Below, piece after piece: positions 45,145 through 55,249 of a DNA stretch of 64,000 nt (within the stretch, counting starts at the first letter, position 1; the number at the start of each line of letters is the position of its first letter). The position numbers were made by a program, and so were the translations under genes. The stretch lies in the NCBI GenBank assembly GCA_023334545.1, contig JAADVB010000059.1, forward strand, positions 1-64,000, read 5' to 3'. Below the pieces are notes generated by a model. It made no database searches. It was not told where the DNA came from and worked only from the letters and a program-made list of their open reading frames with translations. The DNA comes from Salisapilia sapeloensis CBS 127946 (Eukaryota > Protista > Oomycota).

Positions 45145-45742
45145 ACGAAGTTTCCTGTCAAGTTAAAACTTGGTGCATGGGATGGAAACTGAATGTAGAG
45201 GCTATGTCCGAGCATGACAGGTCGTTGACTGTTAGATTCTTCAGTGAAGTGTTCATTTTGTTGTAGAGATATCACGTGCTATGCACTGTATACTAGAATG
45301 GCGTGTCAAGGAAATTGTGGAGCAGACAGGCTGGTGCGAGCAGCAATCAACCCGTTCAAGACGGTATACGAATGTACACCGCCTCGAACCCCCTGACGCA
45401 TCCCGTGGCAACGTGGACGATAGTTCAAACTGCTGTCAATGTGAAACCTATCGATGAGTAGGGAACACATCCATACGCCGAAATGCTCTATCAGTCCGTA
45501 TTTCTCTCTGTAGGGACTTGGCAAGACCCCAATTCCTTGAACCGCAGACATGTCATCTCGGAACTTGCAAGGTCATCGTCTCATGTCAAGTATTCCAATT
45601 GATTGGCATAAATAGTAAATTACGTCTCGCCATTCGTGGAAAACATACAGTCGCACAAAGTATGCACGTTCTAAATACCTTCGTTATTTATAACACCAAA
45701 ACGGAAATAAAACGAGAACAACTTCGCACGGAAGGACGATAA
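45145..45742 (+). CDS. Possible cryptic multi-exon gene of unknown product
   Basis: Candidate GT-AG introns 45221-45266, 45374-45423 and 45458-45513 keep one frame open (EVSCQVKTWCMGWKLNVEAMSEHDRDITCYALYTRMACQG...FKTVYEFQTAVNVKPIDEDLARPQF). No family recognised and both ends are uncertain. Confidence 0.35.
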
Positions 45743-45803
45743 AGTGCCTTCACTTGCGACTGCATTGGCGCTCTTTTCAGCAGTCTAAGCACTCGTCACG
45801 CAC

Positions 45804-47031
45804 ATGTCCAGCACCATGAACCGCAACGTCCGGCCAGAGAATGTCGAGTTCACCGTCAAAGTACGTACGGCTCTATAAATGACCTGTACGCCATCTCATG
45901 TAAAACGAATAGGCTGAGGAAGACCTCGTGCTCACAGGGCAGCAGCGGTCAATCGTACGTGTGCCAGCGAACAACATGTACTCTTGTCTGATGCAAAAAA
46001 CACAACGCTTTTCCTCTCTCTTTCGGCACTACAGCAAGCACCACGGTCTCCCTCGTGAGTCCCTCGACTTTTTCTTTACGGTACACACCCACCTTTTTCC
46101 TCTTTTGACTTCTTCTCATGTCGCTTCATAGGATCGACTCGATGCAGAAGACTCTCCTGACTCTGTACACTTACAAAAGGTACGACTCAACTACATGTAC
46201 CCACTAACACCGGAAGCTTAATTCACTCGTAGAACGACATTATCACTGTCCGTCGACGTACCTGCACTTCCGCCATGACGATGCCAGCGATTACAGACGA
46301 TGACTACTTTACTGCTATGCGGCAACTTTATTTCGTACGTCCTGTATGTGCACTCAAAACCTCTACCAAGTGGTAAGCAATCGAATAGAGTGAAGAAGGA
46401 AGCGATGTAGTCTTGGAAGTCGGCCCGGAGAAAAAGGTTCTACGTGCCCATCGCCTCATTCTTTGCAGTCGTAGCGAAATCTTTCGTGCGATGCTCAAGC
46501 CAGGAAGTATGCGCGAAAGCGAGGATGGTGTCATTCGCATGGAAGACTGTAGTCCAGACATGGTGTCCAAGATGCTCGAATACATTTACTCGAACCGTGT
46601 CGCGGACATTGAAGATCTTACTTCCATCGTACGTCTCCTACTTGCTAGCTACCGGATCGTATAAACTAACTTGTCTGCTGTAGCAATTGGTGGATCTCTT
46701 GACATTAGCCGATCAGTACTTACTTCCAGCGCTGAAGCAACTATGTGAGGCTGCAGCAATGAAAGCTGTTGGCATTGGCAACGTTGGTCGCTTCTTGTCT
46801 GCAGCAGAGAACTTCCGGGCGATGTTTTTGAAAGACTATTGTATCACCTACGTCATGGAGCACTTGCAGGAGCTTATTGACGATGAAAACTTTAAAATGG
46901 AAGTGGAAGAGTGTCCGTCCATGGCGCTGACGATCCTTCGTGCATCGACCAAGTCATCCACAATATCCGTCGAGCCTCCAGTCTCGAAGAGGAGACGGCT
47001 GAATATGCCGTTTGATGACGACACATACTAG
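45804..47031 (+). CDS. SUMO/Rad60-SLD-like ubiquitin-fold domain fused to a BTB/POZ-BACK domain (multi-exon)
   Basis: Ubl part: MQKTQRFSSLFRHYSKHHGLPRESLDFFF...DRLDAEDSPDSVHL...NDIITV. BTB part: SDVVLEVG...AHRLILCSRSEIFRAM...MLEYIYS...LLTLADQYLLPALKQLCE. C-terminal KRRR. Confidence 0.85.
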
Positions 47032-47134
47032 CTCTTGTCGTCGACTAGCCTATTTAAATCCTACGTTTCCTTTGCACGCTGTACTTTAACGTCGCAGTAC
47101 ACAATCAATGCAGTTTGCTTCTCAAAAAAGAATT

Positions 47135-49480
47135 TTAGTCTTCATGTGATTCAAATGCAAAGCTACCAAACTCGTCATTCCAGTCTCGATACAAGGCCAA
47201 GTCTTTCGACGATACGCTCGGTCGGACCTAGCTAACCATAAGACATGAGAAACAATATATAAAAGAGAAGACATACACTTCGAAGTGCAGAGTGGAAGTC
47301 GGGGAGTTCAATTGGTCGGACAGAATCTGCATCCATTGTGCGAATATCTGTGACGCTACGGATCGGACCCATGGCTGCTTCCGTGCACAGAGATCTCACG
47401 TCTGCTCCAGAGTAACCTACCAACTATACATCAGTGTCGTCCGTGTAATTGGAGATAGAGGAATATACCCTTGGTTTTATCTGCAATGGATTTGATGTCA
47501 TCTTCGGATAAGTTGTGCTTGTTGTTCTTAAGCAGTCGAGCCGTGAGCTCCAGTCGAGGCTCGAGCGATGGTAGTGGGATGTACAGCCGTTTGACGAATC
47601 GTCGTCGAGCTGCTTCATCTAGTTCCTGAGGACGGTTCGTCGCGCCGACTACAAGGACAACGTCCGATGCTTTCGTACCAGCTCCATCCAACTGAACGAG
47701 GAACTCGGTCTTGATCCGTCGACTCGCCTCATTATCTTCCGAACTGCGTTGCGTCAAAAGCGAATCGATTTCGTCAATGAAGATCACGGAAGGCTGCTTG
47801 ACAGACGCTACGGCGAACAACGTACGCACGAGTTTCTCTCCTTCTCCAATCCACTTACTTGTCAAGGAACTCGCGGAGATACTAAAGAACGTCGCACCAG
47901 ACTGGTTTGCTATCGCCTTCCCGATCAGGGTTTTACCTGTTCCCGGTGGACCGAAGAGAAGAAGTCCTTTTGGCAGGGCACGTAAACCAGTGAAGATGTC
48001 TGGTCGAGCCATGGGCCAAATGACGAGCTCATTGACACATTTCTTTGCGAATGACAGTCCGGCAATGTCGTCGAAGGACACTGGGTCGCTGTTATCGACG
48101 ATCTCCATCTCGATTTTACTTACCAGCTCTGGATCACAAGATTTTAATCGAGGATCGACGTCTTCTGCTGATGGATCAGTGTCTTCTTTCGTCTTTGATC
48201 GACTGGATGACTTTGTTGACTTAGATCCACCTACAGGAGACACAAACTTTCTTGATACGGCAGATGTGTCGAGATTGTACGCATCGGTAGGGTCATCATC
48301 ATCAGAATGGCTTGGACCGAGTAAGACGTTGGCGTTTACAGGGTGATAGACCCCACGTTTTGGTTGTCCCATACTATTCCGCCGATTGGACTTCTTTGGT
48401 TCATCCTTTTCATCTTCATACCGACCATTCCGTCGATCCGTCTGATGTATAATATGTAAGTGGAAGGTGAAAGAGTGCATATACTAGTTGTAGTACCTGT
48501 AGCTGCTGTCCAGCTGTACGAAAAGGGTTTCCTTGTCCACGGTCGTTGCGATCATGTGCCGGTGTCGGATTCATACTTCGTCTAGGAGCCTTATGGACAG
48601 GCATTTCCTCGTCGTCCGAGTCTGTTCGAGGTGTCTTCTTTCGTAGTAAAGAGGCAAGAGAAGTTGGGTTGGACGCGACCGCATTTTCATCTTGTGCTGG
48701 ACGTGATCGAGCAGGTTCTTCGCTCATACGAACGTGCTCATAAGGTTCGTTCTGCTTACTAGCTTGAATAGAGTGTGCCGTTACTTCCGTTGCAATTCCT
48801 GCTAAAGGATGTGTAGGTTTGGCTGTAGATGTCGAGCTAGATGATGGAAGCGGCTCGGAGGGTGGCTCTTTCGCAGTTAAAAAGTTAAATGGGAAAAAGG
48901 AAAAGGATAGTGGCTCGGGAACTTCTTCTGAAGCAGAGGTAACTTCGTCCGCTTGCTCTTGACTGTTTGTATGCTACGCACAACGTTTAACACTATTATC
49001 ATACATAGTCATCCTCATACTGATATACCGGTTGTGATGCCGATGACGCAGTTATTTCTTCCTGTATACGATCAAGCGTGGCAACAGGTGCTCCCGACCA
49101 TCGATGCCGATTCTTTTCACGAAGTTTACGTCGTCTTGCTAAGAGTTGCTCATCTAAACTTGACCCCGCGCTATCACGTTGCCTCTGTAGCTGCACTATA
49201 ATATTCATTCCACAAGTAAGCAAGCAAATAAACCTAGATCAAATATATAAAGCAACACACTAGTCCCTCTACAACTCCACTATCTACTGTATCAATGCAA
49301 ATGCTTTCACGTACCGTAGTTGGCGGTATGTCGGCGACGCAACAGCTTTGCTGTCCCTGTTTCAGGTGTCCCAAGACAGATTGCAGCATCCAAGTGGTTG
49401 ATCAAGTCCCACTCTGTGTCCATATCAATGTCATCGTCTTTCATGCGCTTAGCATAAGCATCTTCATGTGCATGCGCCAT
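47135..49480 (-). CDS. FIGNL1: Fidgetin-like 1 AAA+ ATPase (multi-exon)
   Basis: DDIAGL..AK...[60 protein letters not shown], and a last exon [21 protein letters not shown]. The N-terminal [16 protein letters not shown] resembles the FIGNL1 N-terminus. Confidence 0.9.
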
Positions 49481-49606
49481 GCCGGAAATTGGCGGCAACG
49501 TTTGTTGTCTCGATTTTGACCACTCCACTTCACTATTGTACAATTTCAATTTACTTTTTGTAAGTGTTAAACACTTTCGAGGAACAATTTACGGACACAA
49601 GTTGAG

Positions 49607-51157
49607 ATGAGGTGTCTACGACCGTCTCGTCCCTTCTACAGAGCTTTTAACTGCTTCTACAGTGGTGGCAGGCTATATAGTCTATTTGGTGGTGGAAAGA
49701 AACCTACCTCTGGTCCTGTATTGACCCAATCCGATGGTTATGCGCTATTTCCAGAGGAGACACACTGCCTTCTAGGTGTGAATGGCAGTGGGAAGTCGAA
49801 GTTTCTGCAAGAATTGCAGCAGACGTCCACTGTATCTTCATCTGGAACACGCAAAACAGTGCATGTATCCCCAATCAGCTTGGACACGCATCGAGAATTC
49901 CTAAAAACGGATGGCGACAGAATTCTTGCAGATGTACTAGGCGGCGTGTCCTCCCCTGACACGAGAGACATCCTCGTACGCTTAGGCTTGTTTCCAATTT
50001 GGAAATCCAGAATTAGGCATCTGTCAACGGGTGAAATTCGAAAGGCGTTGCTCGCAAGAGAGCTACTAAGAAATCCTAAAGTCGACGTCTTGTTGCTTGA
50101 TCAACCATTTGACGGATTGGATGTCAAGGCACGAGGACAATTACAGCATCTTCTGGAGCAAACTTCCAAGGGCTTTACGAGACTACTGGTGGATACTGGT
50201 GGAAAAAATCTTGCGAACGCATATAAAACGCAGTTAGTACTCGTTGTGAATCGCATCGAGCACGCCACATCCTCCAAATTTTTAACGCATGCTGTCTTTC
50301 TGCCAAAGTCTGAGAGTGAGGATGACACGTACGCTACAGATATTGTAGCGTATTCACCGCAAAAGAATATGCAGTTACAGATACAGGACTTTTTCGAACA
50401 AGAACAAAGTAAGAGTTGGGCTGGCAAACGAGCGATGAGCAGTTCAGAATTGACTGGTCTCGTCTCTTCTTTATATGCAGATGCAAGGGATACGTCCCGT
50501 CCTGCAGTCGAATTTGTTGGTCTGAGTATTGCTTATGGTGACCGTACACTTCTTGATGATCTCCATTTCAGTCGTTCTCGAAAGGAACATTGGGCATTAT
50601 TAGGTCCGAATGGATCTGGTAAAAGTTCACTCATGCGTGTCTTGACGCAGATGCCTGGCCACGGACACATCGGTGGAGACATGTTTATAAATGGCATGAA
50701 GGCGGATGACACGGAGATCGACGGAATGGTTGAAATGGTATCAACGGATCAACATATCAAACTTCTAGAGCGTAGTCTCTCAGACACATCCTTAACTGCC
50801 AGTCGTCTTATCGAGGAGAAGGCTGCATCTGTTGAAAAGGCAGAAATTGCAAGTGATCTTTTCGCACTTGATACTAATCTCTTGTCTCGGTCGTTCACGT
50901 CATTGTCCAATGGAGAACAGCGCCTCGTCATGATCGCTCGAGCCATCGCCGCATGTCCAGAGGTGCTCGTCCTTGACGAAATTACGCACGGACTCGATCC
51001 TTATAATCGACAGCATGTTCTCCAAGTGATCAATACGATCGGTACGCATGCATCTCATGCCGTGCATTTGATCTTAATCACACATCATGACGATGAGATC
51101 GTTCCTTGCTTCCAAGATGTTTTCGAAATTCAAGACACGACATTGCACAAACGATAG
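49607..51157 (+). CDS. Soluble dual-NBD ABC ATPase, ModF-like, with a probable mitochondrial presequence
   Basis: NBD1: GVNGSGKS, LSTGE, LLLDQPFDGLD. NBD2: WALLGPNGSGKS, LSNGEQRLVMIARA, VLDE, ITHH. No TM helices. Intronless. Confidence 0.88.
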   Translation: MRCLRPSRPFYRAFNCFYSGGRLYSLFGGGKKPTSGPVLTQSDGYALFPEETHCLLGVNGSGKSKFLQELQQTSTVSSSGTRKTVHVSPISLDTHREFLKTDGDRILADVLGGVSSPDTRDILVRLGLFPIWKSRIRHLSTGEIRKALLARELLRNPKVDVLLLDQPFDGLDVKARGQLQHLLEQTSKGFTRLLVDTGGKNLANAYKTQLVLVVNRIEHATSSKFLTHAVFLPKSESEDDTYATDIVAYSPQKNMQLQIQDFFEQEQSKSWAGKRAMSSSELTGLVSSLYADARDTSRPAVEFVGLSIAYGDRTLLDDLHFSRSRKEHWALLGPNGSGKSSLMRVLTQMPGHGHIGGDMFINGMKADDTEIDGMVEMVSTDQHIKLLERSLSDTSLTASRLIEEKAASVEKAEIASDLFALDTNLLSRSFTSLSNGEQRLVMIARAIAACPEVLVLDEITHGLDPYNRQHVLQVINTIGTHASHAVHLILITHHDDEIVPCFQDVFEIQDTTLHKR

Positions 51158-51204
51158 AGGTTTAAAAAAGAAAACAAGTGTGTTGTTGCTCTCGTTTCTA
51201 ATGT

Positions 51205-52689
51205 CTACTTGGCGTACGGACAGTCGACGCCGTTCATCTCGACATAGACCGACTTGAGCTGCGTCCACGAGTCGGCGCCGGCAAGTCCGTTCTCACGGCC
51301 GAGACCAGACTTCTTGTAGCCACCCCATGGTGTCTCCACGGGCGAAAGGTTGTAGTTGTTGATCCACGTCGTACCAGCCTGTAGATCGGCAATGACTCGG
51401 TGGGCACGCTGCAAGTCACGCGTGAAGACACCAGCAGAAAGACCGTAAATGGTGTCGTTGGCGCGCGCAACCACCTCCTCTTCATCATCAAATGGTAGGA
51501 CCGTCATGACCATACCAAAGATCTCTTCCTTGACAATCGTCATCTCATCTTTGCAGTCGACAAAGATCGCTGGTGTCAAGAAGTATCCGTTTTTGAGCTC
51601 CTCCGACGGAACCACACGCTGTCCTCCCCCAGGTAATAGCGTTGCTCCTTCATCCTGACCGATCTGGATGTACTGCTGCACCTTTTCCATGTGCTTCTTG
51701 TGGACCATCGGTCCGATCTCCGTCGACTCGTCCAACGGATTGCCAATCTTCATCTTTAACGTACGCTCTTGCAACCTTTCGACGAACTTGTCAAAGATGT
51801 TGCGGTGGACGAACACACGCGTACCATTGGAGCAGACTTCTCCGGACGAGAACCAATTGGCCATCATGGCACCCGATACAGCTTCTTCAAGATCCGCATC
51901 TTCAAACACGAGCAAAGGCGATTTTCCACCCAACTCCATCGTCGCTTTCTTTAAATCCCTCGCAGCGGCTTCGTACACCTTTGTACCCGTGGCTTTGGAT
52001 CCGGTGAATGACACCTTGGCGATTTTCTCATGCTCCGACAAGGCTTGGCCGGTGGATCCAGCACCCAGGACGACATTGAACACACCTTCTGGTACGCCAG
52101 CTTCCACAAGCGCTTCTCCAAACTTCAAAGCCGTCAACGGCGTCTCTTCCGACGGCTTAAAGACCATCGAGTTACCGAAAGCGAGAGCAGGTGCTGCTTT
52201 CCAAGCGGCGCTTTGCAACGGATAGTTCCAAGCACCGATGCCAGCCGTGACACCCAGCGGTTCACGACGAGTGTAAGCCCAGCTACCACCCGGCATGTCG
52301 AGCATCTGTCCTCCAACGGACGGCACGACACCACCATAGTAGTTGAGGCAGTCAGTGGCACTTAGGATGTCCGTCGTGGTCGTTTCAGCAATAGGGCGAC
52401 CAGTGTCAATGGTCTCTAGCTTTGCAAGTTCATCCGTATTGGCCGTAAGAATGTCCGCAGCACGACGTAGGATAGCACCACGTTCCGTGGGCGAGTATTT
52501 CTTCCATTTGAGCTGTCCTTCGGCAGCAGCGTCGATGGCATCAGATACGGTCGAAGCGTCCGCTGGCGTGAACGTCGTTTCCGGCTTGTCCGTCCACGCG
52601 TTCATTAGCGTGATCGCCTCCGATGAGGATGCGGAAGCGACGTACTTGCCGCCAATGTAATTTTTCACAGTCCGAAGTGCTTTGCTCAT
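51205..52689 (-). CDS. Betaine aldehyde dehydrogenase (BetB/ALDH9-like)
   Basis: RREPLGVTAGIGAWNYPLQ, KPSEETP, SFTGS, MELGGKSP (catalytic Glu), FSSGEVCSNGTRVFV (catalytic Cys), EEIFG, GGYKKSG.GRENG. Confidence 0.93.
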   Translation of the reverse strand: MSKALRTVKNYIGGKYVASASSSEAITLMNAWTDKPETTFTPADASTVSDAIDAAAEGQLKWKKYSPTERGAILRRAADILTANTDELAKLETIDTGRPIAETTTTDILSATDCLNYYGGVVPSVGGQMLDMPGGSWAYTRREPLGVTAGIGAWNYPLQSAAWKAAPALAFGNSMVFKPSEETPLTALKFGEALVEAGVPEGVFNVVLGAGSTGQALSEHEKIAKVSFTGSKATGTKVYEAAARDLKKATMELGGKSPLLVFEDADLEEAVSGAMMANWFSSGEVCSNGTRVFVHRNIFDKFVERLQERTLKMKIGNPLDESTEIGPMVHKKHMEKVQQYIQIGQDEGATLLPGGGQRVVPSEELKNGYFLTPAIFVDCKDEMTIVKEEIFGMVMTVLPFDDEEEVVARANDTIYGLSAGVFTRDLQRAHRVIADLQAGTTWINNYNLSPVETPWGGYKKSGLGRENGLAGADSWTQLKSVYVEMNGVDCPYAK

Positions 52690-52916
52690 GCTTAGTCGAT
52701 GGTGAAAATGGAAAATGATCGAATCTTGTACTACTTTTGTGTACGTCTGGCCAGACGTCTCATAATATCACCCACTTTACGTGTTTAGTCCACCGTACTG
52801 CGTGTTGCAAGTCACGCAATGAATGGCGCTACTTTTTTCAGACTTGTATGCGTTTTACATGCCAATATGCAGAATAAAGTGAATATGAATGCAAGTTTTG
52901 ATTGTCGACAAGTAAG

Positions 52917-55040
52917 ATGGCACAGCGGACCATGGCAGCTTCTTCCGCTTCACAGGTACCTTTATGTCTCTTTCAATCGTCTGGGTAGATAGCTGATAGT
53001 AATGGTATGGATAGAATTCACTGGCGAGGATACAAGAGGAGAATCAGCGTCTACGAAAGGAATTGGGCGATGTGCAAATGCACAAGTCTTTGATTGAAGA
53101 CAGTTTACGCAAGAAGGAAAATGAGATTTTCGATATGCATCTTTCTGTATGTACGCTCGAGTACGAATTGAATTCGCGGCAGCCTGCAGAAGGTCCTAAA
53201 GTTGAAACACTGCAAAGTCAGCTCAACTTTGCTACCAACCAACTGACGGAAGCCAAGCGAGATAATCGATTGTTAAAGGCACAGGTGCAAAAGGAAAAAG
53301 CTTTGAGATCGGAGAGTAATAGGCAGAAGGCACAGGAAAAGTTGCGGTCGAGAAAGCGAAAAGCGACTTCCAGTGCAGACATAAGCTCAACCCAAGCACC
53401 ATCTCAAGCATCGTCCGAAATACCGACACTAGGAACGCAACGTCCTCCTCAGTCACAGCTTCACTCTACAGCTACTGCGTCACAGGAAAAAGAACAAGAC
53501 AGTCACTTTGATGAGGTATTCTACTATTACATCATTCATCAGTTTCCGTCTAACGGTAGGGTGACAGGAGAATGCTCGAGTGATTGCAAGTCTGCTAAGC
53601 AGTCCATCGCATGATCTGCTGACCTTACTATGTGGTCAAGACGAAAACAAGAGTGCTGACCCCACACCGCTATCTTCCAACCGACAGGAGATGCTACTGC
53701 ACTCGTTTGCCTCGACAGAAGCGTCCATGAGCTTTGCCAATTCATCCAGGTACGATACTCGACATGAAAGCACGCTCGGCACTAGTCGTGGCATGAATGA
53801 TTCTTCCATCCAGGAGTCTGTAGAGCAGAACTCGTCCATGTTTCTATCTCAGAGCATACCACAGCACCCTTCCAACGTCCAGTCTTCTTTACAGAAACTA
53901 CAAACTATATCTCCACCTGCGCGTTCTCGTTTCATGGACAAACAATCAAAGTCTCTCTTCTTCATTCTAGGCGACATGGCAGGAGGTGGTGTCAAAGCAA
54001 CAGCTCTCTTGCCGATTTTGACAGCGTACTTGGAAGTGGAGAATGATGCCGACGCGGTTATAATCGCCACAGTGACACGTCTACTTTCCTCTTTAATCTC
54101 TGAATGTGAATGCGTTCGAAGTTTCTTGCTCCAGAAGGCTGGGTCATACGTCCATCGAGGCATTCATCGTCGACATCGGTCAGGGATCTTCACAAACCAA
54201 CGCCACATCTCAGTCACATCAGCTCGTCAAGACATTCTTGTCCACAACGATGACATGAGCTTTATGGATGAAGCTATTGTGTCGAAAGACCGCGCACACT
54301 TGCGTGAACGACTTCACGCAGCTCTTGGGAGTGCTCTTCGTCGACACGTGAAGAGCTCACCTATCGTCGTAGAAAATATTCTGATGGTCATTCGGAATCT
54401 TGTGGAGCACAGTCCTACGTGGTATGAACAGGCAGACTTGCATTGGATCCTTGGAGACCATCTACTTGAAACGGTACTTATGTGTGATCCAAAACTTGGA
54501 CTCGGTATCCAAGTGGAAGCCATTGGTCTTTTGCATGGGTTACTACGCTGTTCGTGGATGGTGTCGAAAGTCACTAGTACCTGCACACGCTCCGACTTGC
54601 TGCATGCCATTGTCAAGTTACTTGATCACACAGTTGCGTCTTTGGCTAATGGAGATTTCATGCTACTACGTCAGGCACAGAAGCAAGCTTTGAGCGTTTT
54701 GCATGCTTTCGTCAAAGCGGATGGAGAGCAAGGCGTGCGCTTTATCATCCAGCGGACGCCAGGACTCGTGAAGCGGGTCGTGAGATTCATTGAAAAGGAG
54801 ACAAGGGAGATGGATGCTCTATCTGTGGGTGCGGACGGCGGGATGGCGTACCAACTAGTAGCTACTGCGGTAGAGTTATTAGTAGCAGTTGAACCCCATG
54901 TCGAGCTCGAAGCGACACTTCACGATACTAAATTAATCACTGCCTTGCGGTCTCTCGCACATAAACTCCATCGAATGGAAGATGACGATAAGAAGCATTG
55001 GCAGTGGATGGGAAAAGAGTTGGAACGAGCGTTGCATTAA
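52917..55040 (+). CDS. Uncharacterised protein: N-terminal coiled coil, SQ/TQ-rich linker, C-terminal HEAT/ARM-like helices (3 or more exons)
   Basis: ATG 52917 exon (MAQRTMAASSASQ) splices to the coiled-coil ORF 53063-53514, then an intron leads to ORF 53580-55040 of Leu-rich amphipathic helices. Confidence 0.7.
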
Positions 55041-55249
55041 GAATGAAAGTTGCTTTGAAACGAGATGGTCGTCTATGCATTTGCAGTTTGGATCAGGTGA
55101 CGCTACCACCTGTCGTTATTCCTGTTGTCACAACCAACGACGTGGGTGAGACCTGCAGGACGAGTTGTAGACGACATTTTTCCATACCCAGCACTGGCTC
55201 CACTTGTCTTTACGGCAAATTTTGGGCAAAGACGAAGAAATAAGAGAGG

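Noticed and set aside
51205-52689. BetB-like BADH as a recent bacterial HGT
   Set aside because: ALDH9/BetB-like enzymes occur widely in eukaryotes. Being intronless is not sufficient evidence without a phylogeny.
6684-55040. Apparent DNA-repair gene cluster (FANCL, TOP2, FIGNL1, ATRIP-like, PIN nuclease)
   Set aside because: These genes are spread over about 48 kb among about 25 unrelated genes, which is compatible with chance in a gene-dense genome.
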